A stretch of DNA of 42,788 nucleotides from Folioceros fuciformis (Eukaryota): NCBI GenBank assembly GCA_049999805.1, contig JBNGIO010006129.1, forward strand, positions 27,473 to 70,260. The letters run 5' to 3'. The notes below the pieces were generated by a model that worked only from the letters and a program-made list of their open reading frames with translations, had not been told where the DNA came from and searched no databases. Made by a program: the position numbers and the translations under genes. Positions 1-11,310 of the stretch are shown here, piece by piece. Within the stretch, counting starts at the first letter, position 1. Each line of letters opens with the position of its first letter.

Positions 1-189
1 CTGACTCCCGCCTTTTCTTTTCTTTTTTAAGCAAATTTATTCAACGTCAAGCCGTGAGGCTTGAAAGGGAACATTCTACAAGCAAGTTGTCCACCGAAAG
101 ACGTCCAACTCTGGAAAGGCCCCCCTCAACTTACGTTGTAGGAATGGGAGTGCCTACTGCCTGACCTAACAGCATCTAGAGTGGTTGTG

Positions 190-1956
190 TCACCCAAGAA
201 TGTGACTTAAAATGATGCGGATTAAGGTGAAGTAGCAGAGTTTGTCAAGTGCCCGGACGTGACGAGAGCAACGGCCTATTGTCTTGAGCACACATCCAAA
301 ACTGAAGCCCTTTCTGGGAACTAAGGTCCTGGTCCTGGAGTGACTTCCGTAAGCCCTATATGCCTGCAAAGAGGCACATCCCCTGCATCCGGAAGCATCC
401 ACGTCTAGCGCAATGACGGAAGACCCATCCCTCCCACGATGGTTGCTGCACCTCGTGATGTGGCCCTGGCCCTCCACCGCAGATACGTCACAGGACGTCA
501 TCCGGGAAGTGGACTGGCAGTTTTCCACAAGATATCTGTGCACCACGGGATATTCCCAACACCGCCTAAGTCTCAGGCGTTCCGTCCGATTCCGTGGCCA
601 CCTCCAATCGGAGACAAGGATGGCTTCGCAGTCACTTATTTCTGTACAGCTAAGAAGGGATTCTCTGCGTGAGCTATGCTCTGAGGAGGCAGGTAGACAG
701 CTACTGCGGCCCTGCTGATTCCATAGACCTGCTTGCTTGCTGTTGAAATGACTACAAGAACGACCATCGTGGCGCCCAGACGAGCTCATGTCACCATGTC
801 TGAATCCTTGCTCCCTCCACTCACTTTCCTCTCGCCCTCCTGCTGCATCCTCCAGATTAGAGCTGTCTTTCTCAGAACGAAACAACGTTGCATCAGCCTG
901 AAACGAGAGTTTCTGTGAACTGCTTCCGAGCTTGTGCCTCGAAAGGGCACGAGACAGGGCACGCATCACACCGTGCTCATAGGTTGCTGTAGTATGCTGC
1001 ACAAACATAAACGCGTCAAAGCCAATGGCACACGCAAAATTGAGCTTTGACTGCCAAAGGTTGAGGCTATCCGTGCAAGTGACTTTCAGTAAGTCTTCAG
1101 GACCCTTCTCCTCCACGTCCAGGAGAACAACATGACCAGCGAATGCGTAAGTCCAGGATGTGGAGGGCAACGCCAGCTTCATGAAGCACCGCAATAACAA
1201 CTTGATCGGCAAAGGCACGGCCTTCTCAAGGCCCTGAATCACTGGCGCAAACGGCAACCACTTGAGAATCGAGAGCGCCTTCCCCAGAACGGACAATCCT
1301 TCCAAGTAATCCTCGTGTCCGTAGATCACGGCTTGAATAGCCGAGACCACCGGAAGAAGCTTCGGCACAAAATCCTTCTTGCCAACCACGTGGAAGAACA
1401 CATCCTTGTAGTGCGAATTGATGACCTCCGCCAGATCGGGGCTAGCAAAGAGAGGCGCCCCAAACGTGATGCACCGCACCTGTTGCTCGAAGCTCCCTCC
1501 CATCATCTTCAATACTCGAAGGCTCAGCAGAGACGCAACAGCACCTCCAAGAGAATGGCCAGTGAAAATGAGCTGCTCCCCATTGTCCAGCAATTTGCGG
1601 AACAACTCCACCGGCACACTCTGCGCTCTCTCCGCAAATCCCCAGTGTGCTGCTCCCTCAGCGTACGGCAGCCGGCTGTGGAAATACTTCAGGTCCTGCA
1701 CCACATCCTTCAAGCTGGAAGTCCCCCTGCAGGCCACAATCACGTGCCCGCTAACGCTCCTTGCCACGAAAATAGCCTGCTGTCCCTTCCCGTCAAATCC
1801 ATGATGCATCAGCGGAACCACATTTCCGAACTTCTGCCTCAGATCTCCCAGCACAGCATCCGGACTTTCCCCATACACCGCCGACGAGAAGAAGAGCGCG
1901 TGCATCATGTGATCCGTGAAACATCTGCTCTCGCCCGCAACTACCACCCGCTCCAT
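190..1956 (-). CDS. Class-3 lipase / alpha-beta hydrolase (EDS1/PAD4-like lipase domain) with long Ser/Arg/Cys-rich C-terminal tail; apparently intronless
   Basis: Uninterrupted ORF with IVACRGT, HWGFAERA, nucleophile motif LIFTGHSLGGAVA, CITFGAPL and HVVGKKDFVPKL. First in-frame ATG is at 1956 (MERVVVAG); an in-frame TGA lies just upstream of the GTG at 2001. Confidence 0.85.
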   Translation of the reverse strand: MERVVVAGESRCFTDHMMHALFFSSAVYGESPDAVLGDLRQKFGNVVPLMHHGFDGKGQQAIFVARSVSGHVIVACRGTSSLKDVVQDLKYFHSRLPYAEGAAHWGFAERAQSVPVELFRKLLDNGEQLIFTGHSLGGAVASLLSLRVLKMMGGSFEQQVRCITFGAPLFASPDLAEVINSHYKDVFFHVVGKKDFVPKLLPVVSAIQAVIYGHEDYLEGLSVLGKALSILKWLPFAPVIQGLEKAVPLPIKLLLRCFMKLALPSTSWTYAFAGHVVLLDVEEKGPEDLLKVTCTDSLNLWQSKLNFACAIGFDAFMFVQHTTATYEHGVMRALSRALSRHKLGSSSQKLSFQADATLFRSEKDSSNLEDAAGGREESEWREQGFRHGDMSSSGRHDGRSCSHFNSKQAGLWNQQGRSSCLPASSEHSSRRESLLSCTEISDCEAILVSDWRWPRNRTERLRLRRCWEYPVVHRYLVENCQSTSRMTSCDVSAVEGQGHITRCSNHRGRDGSSVIALDVDASGCRGCASLQAYRAYGSHSRTRTLVPRKGFSFGCVLKTIGRCSRHVRALDKLCYFTLIRIILSHILG

Positions 1957-3371
1957 TGTGCACCGGTGCAGGGAAGCAAGCCAAACCTCCAAATCATACA
2001 CGCACGATCATAGCCCAACTGCCTCGATCAAACCACAATCCTCCTTCCTCCCTTCCAGCTGCCACCTCCACCCCAATGTTGCGCCTCACGCAAATATGTA
2101 GACGCACAGATCTATATATATAGACGCTCAGCCCAAAATCAGAAAACCGAGAATTCATGCAGTTTCGACACATTGAGCGCCTAGGAAAGCGGAGGCGCAA
2201 CGGGAGCATCAACTTTGCTATCAACGGACGGATAGGAAAACGGGCGTCTGACCGAGCCGTCGATTGGCAGCAATCAATCCACCACGACAGCGACGAGGAA
2301 GAGAAATGGGAGAAGCCGGCCGTTGATGAGGGAGGAGCCGGGGTGACTGTCCCGTTTTTCCTGCCTGCACTTCTCGCTCTTCCCTCTGCTTCAGCACGCA
2401 GACGAGTGTCTACCTGTCGCCAGTTTGGACTGCACCGATCTGCCCTAAAGCACGGAAACGAGTTCATTAGATGCAGGCTGTGAGGTGTCGATGCACAGCT
2501 GGCCAGAGTCGTAGCGAAGAATGTGCAAGGTGCTGCACCTCGTAGCGTGCGGGGTTGACGCGTGCTCGTGTGGCGACAGTATCTCAAGCCTTCCGAGAGG
2601 GCGGCTGCCGGGGTCGGCACGTTCCATGAGAATGCCGTGCCCGCTTCCTTGATTGGCTGGACGCTCAGACACGAGGTTGTTTTGCTAGATAGTTTGGAGG
2701 AAAGCCAATTAGGCTATGTGATAGGAGGGCCGGGGAAGGTTGGCTGGGATGGAGCGGCTAGTGGTGGCCCAGCCTTGCGTTTCCGGGCTCGCGGCCACTC
2801 GGCCCCGCTCGCTGCACCGTGCCTCGTCCTCCTGCCTGAGGATTCAAGGTTCCGCTGAGGTCAGTTTCTCTGAGATGAGCTGTGATCGACGTGGCCATTT
2901 TTGTGAGCTGTGTTCCCTCTGGAGACTGTGGGGACGCTGTGGATCGGGTCGGCCAGCGTGTGCTGTTGAAGTCGCGTGGCTGTCTAGCTCTGTTTGCCGT
3001 TTCGGGAGGTGGAATCCAGGTTCATCCGGGTGACGTTAGCTGCTCGCACCGTGTGGCACCGTGTGTGCATCTCACGGAGTGTTGGGATTTGTGTCGTGCA
3101 TAGAATGCCAGTTTCTATGGTTGCGCCCCTATCAAATGCTGGGTCGGTCTGTGGAATCCGTTCTTGTGATGTGAGGTTGCGGGATGTGTTGTGAGTGAGC
3201 AGCGGCAGCGGCTATGAGATGTGGACAAATATGGAGTTCGGGGTTTCTTAACCTGGCGCTTACCTGTGGCAGCGAAGGCACACACCATGTCAAATATGCT
3301 CTGAACTGTCTCGAAGAGATAGTCTGCTGGGTTTCGCTGCTGTGTTTCTGGGAGCTTTGAGGTCTGACACC

Positions 3372-3847
3372 ATGGTCTCAGTGCCCTCCAATCCGAACAT
3401 CTTTCGCAGGGAGCTTGTGGCTGGGTCTGCAACTGTATCTGTGGTTGGTGCTGGGCCATCCAAGATGGCAGCATCAGTAGTTGGGGAACTGGAGGGTTTG
3501 ATTGCCCAACGACAAGGTGCAACCATGGCCAGCACGGTATTGCTGAATGCTGTGGTTGGGTCACAAGACTCATTCAAACCATTCGATGGTGACGGGAAGG
3601 CGGTGATGCAGCTGCTCGACCAAGTCTCCCGGGTTATGGCCCTCTCAGCAGGTGAGGATTATTCTTTGCCTATGATCTGCACATCTTCAATGGCACATCA
3701 ACCTCGACGGGATTTTTGAGCGAGGTTGTCAGCTGATGGGCAAGACTATGCTGTGCGTCCTCATCTTGCAGCAGGAGGACAGACTGGAGACGGGTGAGCC
3801 AGGACTTAAGTCTACCGCAACAAATTGTTTGAACAAGATTGTATGAA
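3372..3847 (+). other. Possible small spliced gene or fragment of unknown function
   Basis: ATG 3372 opens ~93 codons (MVSVPSNPNIFRRELVAG...VMALSA) ending at a strong donor CAG|GTGAGG (3652); TTGCAG acceptor near 3771. No recognisable domain. Confidence 0.2.
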
Positions 3848-4588
3848 GTGACACTGTAAAATTAGGTTCAAGATCGGTTGAACTATGTCGTCAAAGGTGC
3901 CTACCAAGCGACATGTTCGATGTGTAGAAGAGAAATCGTGGATGGTCTTTCTAGGGGTGACTGAGAAACACCCCTCCTGTACCCTAAAATCACCATGGTG
4001 AGCATCTCTACAACTCCAGAACTAGTGGATGATACCGCACGATTAAGCACGAACGCTCTCCATCTCTCGGAAGACTCTTCATAGAGTCTCGGATTATGGC
4101 ATGGTTAAGGCGAGGCCCAATGAACTCTCTCGGAGATCACTGCTGGGGACAGTACGGCCACCACACAACCAACTGGTGGATGAAACTGGTGAGAAATCCG
4201 ATGTAGTCGTTAGGCTAATAATATCGACATCGCCACCAAGCACAGAAATGACGTAGGAACGACCTAACGACCCTGTGTCCCTCACCCCTCATTGGACACA
4301 AGCGGCCTCCGGTTCGCGACCACTGGAGTTGGCACCGCCGGCAGCCGCCCGTGTTGAGCGATGCACGATACCTCCGAGCTCCACACACGCGGCCGGTACG
4401 GGAGCATAGAAATACACGAGCATAGTACTGTGCTTCAGTCTCTGACCGCACGTCGCGAAGGCCAGGAACCGGGGCCGGCTCGTGGCCGGCGTCCGTCTGG
4501 GAAGGACGCATCTTGACTTCGTATTTGTATGTCGGTAGGAAGCAAAAGATCCAGGCGGCTGCATGCTCTCCGTGTCTGAGAAAAGAAC

Positions 4589-5223
4589 ATGAGGATGGGT
4601 ATGCATGGCCTGTGGAGGGAAGGGCGGAATGGACCTGCCTGGCAACTATGGCTGAGTTTTCAACTGCGGAACAGTCCTTTCTCAGCACAGGCAACAGGCT
4701 TTGCACTCTGTACAATTCATGCGGGAAGTTGACAAATGTCTGGAGCAGCGTGTCACCTGGGGGCAAGGGCAAGGGCAGCGGCAGCGGCTTGCGAATTTCA
4801 TTCATGCCAACATGCTGGTCAGGGCGTCCCTCACCCGGCGTCTTGCTTCTCACAAAATCAGTGCAAACACACGCACTTGCCAATCCCATGCTGCCAGTTT
4901 AGGTTCAGATGTCCTCCGTCAGTCTGATGAGACTTAATGCCAAGATCACCGTAGTATCGTCCGCACACAGAGCACAGCATTGACAAACTCCCACTGCCCG
5001 GCAGACAGAGAGGTCAGCATCCGGATCCGGATGCGTAGCCCGCCTTCCCCTCCGCATCCCTGCTACGCTCGTTCCGTCAAGATTCTTCCTTCCTCGCATC
5101 TGCTGTCGATGGTAGCCGGTGGTGGAATCCAAGGTGGCCGTGTTGTCCCTGGACAATAAATGCCACCAACACACCCAAGTTCCAGCCACTGGAGGTTCAG
5201 TCCAAGCCCGCCACAGTCAATGA
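4589..5223 (+). pseudogene. Degraded, intron-retaining duplicate of the ALT thioesterase at 9250-10331
   Basis: Colinear matches to the intact gene: ATGAGGATGGGTATGC vs ATGAGGTTGGGAATGC; RLCTLYNSCGKL vs [12 protein letters not shown]; a CQH remnant; AAGATCAC...ACAAACTCCC...GACAGAGAG|GT (exon 4); AG|CCGGTGGTGGAATCCAAG...CCTGGACAATAAA...AGTCCAAGC (exon 5). Most of exons 2-3 are deleted and there are frameshifts. Confidence 0.8.
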
Positions 5224-6475
5224 CGCGTGACACATGAGCGCTCCCCAACCTCGGCAAATATTTTCTGCCGGGGCTAAAAGTGATTTAGAAGTTATTTTCC
5301 TAAAAACAATACTCTCCCTTACGCATCTTTTCAGCCTTTTGTTCGTGGCTTAGGGTTATATGAAAATTAAGAACGCCGCATTCTGTTGTACTTTATGATA
5401 AAAATAAAGAACGCTATCTCAAATTTGATTTATAGCATGGAGTAAAATTGGTCGAGCATCACAAAATGCATTGTAGTTGTTCATGGATATAGAATAAGAT
5501 GAATAGGTTGTGTGATATTTCAACCCTATTACAATCGCTAAGAACACATCAAAAGGTGAACAACAATCACATGACCTACAAGCAAAACCCAACACAACGC
5601 CATGTTTAGCAAGATTTATTAGAGAATAAAAATTAAACAGTGTTCGAAACAAGCGTCTTTGAAAGGTGAGTGACAGCGAAGGACAAAAATAACTAGCCCA
5701 AGGCTTCTTCATTCTCAATTCCATCAAGCCTCTCCATTCCCAACTTTTTTGAAAATAATTGATAAAGCATATGTGGGTTGATTGTAGTATGTGTGAGAGG
5801 GAGGTGTAGGAATTTCAACTCATCTCGATCTTCATATGGACTGGGCTATGTTAAAGTCATTGTTACTCTTTCAATTCATACTACATTCAACTTGTGCGCA
5901 AACAGAGACTTCGATGCTTTAGACAAAACACACACACAAATTACGCAAGACCTAATCACCCACGATTGCCCCATGTAAACTTGGTGTTGTTGAACTCTTC
6001 AAAACCTAGGAACATCTTATGTCATACATATATACCTAGGGATAACTGAGTCAAGCATTACACAAATATGACTTTTAAGTTTAGTTGTGATATTATCCCA
6101 AAGGTGGTTTAGATACTACACAATGCATTTTTGCAAACTCTAGCAACTTACAATTCTATGTTGATACAACCACATTTCTTCACATCACTTGTACATTTCT
6201 TCTTCTTTAGCAAATTTGAATCGTTTGAATCGTCGCTTTTGCAAGTTGCCTTGGGTTTGTAAAGCCTTCGCTTCTTCTTCCTTCCTCAATTCCTCCTTCT
6301 TCTTTTTTGCCTTCTCGATTAGCTCGGCTATGTTTGACAATTGTTTTGGAGAGCTTTGATTCGATTGACATCTCATACATGTGGGTGTCACTTGTCTTTG
6401 GCTTTCACCTTCATGCATTGATGCTAAAGTTTCTATACGATATTCTTGTGATCGACCCTTTTTATTTGGCCTTAT

Positions 6476-6510
6476 CACTATGGAACTAGCAACACTATGG
6501 AACTAGCAAC
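6476..6510. repeat. 17-bp tandem duplication CACTATGGAACTAGCAA x2
   Basis: Read directly from the sequence. Confidence 0.9.
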
Positions 6511-7075
6511 CATAGAGCCATCTATAACATTATTTTTCACCAACTTGGGCTTCATCTCTTTTGGACTTTTTGATCTTTTGGGTTCCCCTTCTTCTAATGG
6601 GCGTTTCTTATTTACATGTGAGACTATAGAGCTATCAGCCTTATAGCCATCTTCAAGACAATTACCCCTTTTCCGCGAAGTTGACTCATTTCTTGAAACT
6701 GTATAAGCAGTGGTCCTTGTGTTGCTCTTGATTAGTTGTCAATCTTTCTCTAATTCGGTACTCACTTGTAAGCAATTTCCTAATTAACTCACTCACACAA
6801 CAAGAAGTAAGGACATTATATACAAGGTAGTTTCCCCTTTACTCACTTGTAGCTAGTTTCCTCTCAAAGTAACTTGTACAAAGTTTCTTCTCTAACTCAC
6901 CAGTAGGTAGTTCGTTGCTTGTATTGATTTTTTTTGTTGCACCTTGTCTCCACGAATTTAGAGCCTTGGTGTTGGTTTGGGAGAACTTCAATGAAGAATC
7001 CTTTCCCTAAAAAACGAAGAGTAAAAGAAAGAGAGAGTAAATAAATAAAAAAAAATGAGCAAGAAAGGGCGTCTT

Positions 7076-7115
7076 TCTTGGCCTATCTCTCGTTTAAACG
7101 AGAGATAGGCCAAGA
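7076..7115. repeat. Perfect 40-bp palindrome
   Basis: TCTTGGCCTATCTCTCGTTT|AAACGAGAGATAGGCCAAGA; the halves are exact reverse complements with no spacer. Confidence 0.97.
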
Positions 7116-8407
7116 CCTGCAAAACACAAAGATAAAGAACAAAATCAAAGTTGAAAGATTAAGAACATGCATAGAATAATTTATGCATGTTAGTAGCTCG
7201 ACTTTATCACTGGGTAATGAGAGTACTTGTAATGAAAAGCAATGGTACAAGCCAACATGCATGAACTACTTATACCCGACTCATTAAATTGTGAAAACCA
7301 ACCCTAAAAAAATGACTAGGAACTATAACGATAACTTGCAAAACTAAGAATAGTTAAAAATACTAAATAAAACCTATCCCATTTAATAGCAAGGAACCTG
7401 TAAAAAGAAGCATGGACTACAGTAATAACTTCTATAAATGAGAATGAGCTAAAAATATGGACAACCCAAATGATCAAGCTAATCGAAATCACAAAGAACT
7501 TTATGGTTAGGGATATGAAAGGGATTTTGAGGATAGAGTGGTTCCGAATGGTTATGTATTATTGATTATTATTAAAGTAACTATGTTTAAAGAAACGTAG
7601 ATTGCGATCTATTACGTGAACAGTGAAGGCGTGAACCGAGGCGCCGGTTGCGCCGATGTGGGACTCGGTGGGTATGGGTCCTCCGGACCCGTGCTCGAGC
7701 CGAGGCTTGAACGCGTAACGCCCGCTTCCGCCCGATGTCGGTGTCGGTGTCTCGGCCCGAATGGTTGCTGTACGCTCTGCTCGATTTGGAGGTCCGGATC
7801 TGTTCCATTATTGGCATACCGAGAGCTAACTTGTCTACTCCGCTGCCCGGTTGGACGTCGGTGCCGCCAAACCAGCTCAATGTCCTTGCCTGGCCCAGCC
7901 AGCTTGAATTCGGGGAGCAATTCTCGGGCGGCGGGAGATGTGGAGAAATTCGAGTGGATGTAGCAGGGGAGCAGACTGCATGGTGTGTTGTAGGATGTTG
8001 GACACGTCCCAGACTTTCTTGACGAGAGATGTATGTCTGTATGCATGTACTCCGTTGGCGTGGATGCTGCGCTTCTGGGATCTCCGAGTCACATCCAACA
8101 CAAACGTCTTTCACCGGTACAGGGCAGACGTAGTTGTGTTGGGAGCGTTTGACAGGGGGTGCAGAGTGCATAGGACGCGCAACTCTGTGTGTGTGATTTG
8201 GGCCGGGCTATCCAGCTTTGCCTGCTCTACTTTGAAGTAAAACCATGGCCACCTCGGGATTGAAGGATTTTGCGGTTTTTTCACGGCAAACACGCTCGGC
8301 CTTTTACAGATGGCTCACACAGCAGGTGAGAAGAATCTAGTCCATGGACATCGTGTGGCACATCCCGAAATGCATCAGCCACGTGAGGTGCACCTTGGTG
8401 AGCGAGG

Positions 8408-8466
8408 TGATGTGTAAAGCCTCCTGCACAACTCATCAGCTGATGTGTAAAGCCTGCTGCACAGCT
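8408..8466. repeat. 33-bp-period imperfect tandem duplication
   Basis: TGATGTGTAAAGCCTCCTGCACAACT at 8408 and TGATGTGTAAAGCCTGCTGCACAGCT at 8441. Confidence 0.85.
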
Positions 8467-9249
8467 TCCTTCTACAGGAAACCAGATAGTATCTTGGAGC
8501 TGCGGGGCAACTTTGACATGGTTGAGATGAGACTCAAAGTTTTGCTGCTGCAAAGCAATGTCAGGGGGAAGTCGTGTATCGAAGACACCTAAAAGAAAAC
8601 AGATTCACCTACATTTGCAGAACAAGATCAAAGATCGGAGCAAGAATCTTCTAAGTACGTGCATAAAGGTGAAGGGCATTAATGGCGTCAAAGGGGACAT
8701 TACTATCGGTGACATGTTGTGACAAGGGAATCCTAGTTGGGTCTTCCAAGGTGTGACTGGAGTTAGTCCCACGTGGAGTCAGTTCCTTCAGCTTGTTACC
8801 ATCAGGTGAGCATCTCCGCAACTCCAAGACGATTTGAGGAGATGCGAGCCTGCGAGCTATCTGGATTGTTGTAGACAGCAGGACCAACACCCACGCTTTC
8901 CTCCTCTCTGACCATAGTCATACCCAATCAAATCGCACCCAATCTCTCAGGTGATAGCATCCGCCTTTCAAAAAGTGCAGCTACGAGACGTGCTGTCTGG
9001 ACCGAACGCGGCTCGAGTTTCCTTGTCTCCTTATCATATCAAGCAGTCCAGCACCTCGTACAAGGATGAATCAATCTAATGTAGTCTGTGAACTACGTAA
9101 CCCTGAAAAGGTAAGTGAGAATTTTGAGGTGGTTAATAACTCCGCCTGTCCGCTGCACAAGGTTTCGGAGGTTTCCATGTTCATGTTCCATATTCAATTC
9201 TCAGAAGGGAGGGTTCCATCAGCTTGGTGCTACATGCTGTAAGTCTGAC

Positions 9250-10331
9250 ATGATGAGGTTGGGAATGCCAAGCCATGGGCAACATAGTGCATGCAGGGGA
9301 GGGCAAGGGCACCCTTGGCTGCGTTGCCAGCTCCAAAGCCCTCCAACCAGAAGCACAAGGCTTGGCACTCTACACAATTCATGCGGGGAACTGGCAAGGT
9401 CTAGAGCTGCATGTCAACTAGGCGGTAGCAGCAGCGGCAGCGGCGGTCTTGGCCTGTCATGGAAGGTGAGCGTCAGGAAGCCTGTGTCAGCGGTGGTGCG
9501 TGCTTTCTCAGAGGGGGACACCAAGCACCTCCTTCATCTGTTCGGGAGCCACGGGTAAGCAAGCCCTTCCCTACCGTCCTGGCCCGCGTAACGGCGTGTG
9601 CTAAATTCGCAAGCTGCAGCATGTCAGAGGCTCTGGAAGTGGAGATGTCAGTGCGGGACTACGAATTGGATCAGTATGGAGTAGTGAACAACGCCGTGTA
9701 TGCTCAGTACTGCCAGCACGGTAGGTTGGAGCCGCCTGGCTCTCCAGCTTCACCTCTATCGATCCTCCCGTCCAACTAACTGCAAGCAATGCTCCGGATC
9801 CCTGCCAGGTCGCCACGAGCTGATCCAAACCCTGGGACTCAACGCCGACGAAGTGGCCCGCAGCGGCAACGCGCTAGCGCTGTCGGAGCTGTCTTTGAAG
9901 TATCTGTTTCCCCTCAGAGTAAGTCTAAACATACACGCTTGCTCTTTCCACGCCACTTGCAGATATCCTCCTCCGTCACGAATTCTCCTGAAACTCATGC
10001 CATGTGCTGTAGAGCGGTGATAAGTTCGTGGTAGCCGTGAAGATCACAGGCTCGTCTGCCGCCCGGATCTTCATGGAGCACAACATCTACAAACTCCCCG
10101 ACAGAGAGGTGCAGATTTACATCCCTCACTTCCCTTCTCTGCTTCTGCTTCCTTGCTTTTGCTCCCTCTCACTTAATCGCTCACTCACCTGGTTTTTCCT
10201 TCTTGATGTTGATGCAGCCGGTTCTGGAATCTAAAGCAACCGTGGTATGCCTGGACAAGAAATACAAGCCGACGCGCATCCCAGCAGACCTCAAGTCCAA
10301 GCTCACCATGTTCTTGCGCAACGAAGCGTGA
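9250..10331 (+). CDS. ALT: Acyl-lipid thioesterase (ALT / methylketone synthase 2-like, single hotdog fold) with putative plastid transit peptide
   Basis: Exons 9250-9554, 9620-9720, 9809-9918, 10013-10108, 10218-10331, all GT-AG and in phase. Protein: [32 protein letters not shown]...[23 protein letters not shown]...[28 protein letters not shown]. Confidence 0.93.
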
Positions 10332-11310
10332 AACAGTGTATTGCATGCATGGCATGGCCCCGGACAAGCGGAGCTGAACTACCTTTGCGGTGCGCAATGC
10401 ACCAGACAGACAATTTCCGCCGATCCCGGTAGTCGAGATGAGAAAGCGCTGTCGCGATTTGGCTACGGTGTTTCCCGTCGGCCCATCCGGAACATGTGCC
10501 TTGCTACTCAACAGCGCACTGGCGTCATGGGCACCCTTCTCGTGGGACGTAAGAGAGTGCAAAATGTTTGGGGCCGGGAATGTGGGCCCCTACTTGGTCA
10601 TGGAAGGCAGTGGCGGGCACTATCCGTGCACCTGCTGTGTCACGTTGCCGCATTCCCCGCGGAGCTTCCCGGTGGGACACCTTTTTTTCTCTTTCTACCC
10701 GAAGTAACTCTCTCTCTGTCTAGCTCGCGCCACGAATTTTTTCCCATTTCTCACGGCCTTGGCTGTGCGCAGGCCAAGTCGTGCCTTCTGACCACGTAAC
10801 GCGCGTTTCCGCCCACCGCTGTGTGAGAGAGCAGGCACGGTCTCGGTGTCCGTGTTGGTGGCCGATCCGGTTCCTGTCCACTCTGCCCAATTTGGTGCTT
10901 GCAATCGGCAACGCTATCTTGTCGGGCGCCCACCTGGATGGATGATTGACGGATCGCTGCCTCCAAATCGCAGCTCCGAATGTCCTGGCCTTGTCCTGCG
11001 TGCTGGAATTCTATGTGAAGCTTCTTGAACCTCTCATTGCCCGAGCCGCGCTTGCTTTGTGATCCCCGCAAGAGGCTGTTTCAGGCCTCCGGGATGGAGG
11101 GGGCGGCAGCCTGCGGAGGAGGCACTTGTGCGCGTCTGGGCCTCTTGGAGGAGTGTGAGCACGGTTCTGTTTGAGGAGGAGTTCCGTTTCTGCCGACAGC
11201 GGCCTGTGAAGTCAGTTGAAGTGAAGGCCAAGGGAAAAGGAAAGGAAAGGAAGGGAAAGGCGGTGTTGGGACGGCGTATGCTTGACGGTTAGAATTGTGC
11301 ACTGGTGGCG

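Larger units (their letters stand above)
5260..7600. other. AT-rich island, probably decayed transposon-derived DNA
   Basis: Sharp drop in GC relative to both flanks; stop-riddled frames including a K/E-rich fragment (6185-6478, -); short internal repeats. No terminal repeats or diagnostic domain identified. Confidence 0.35.

Noticed and set aside
1315-2013. 232-aa + strand ORF and other ORFs overlapping the lipase
   Set aside because: Antisense shadows of a GC-rich coding sequence with no motifs.
4215-4889. 224-aa minus-strand ORF
   Set aside because: Partly the antisense of the ALT pseudogene in GC-rich DNA; no recognisable domain.
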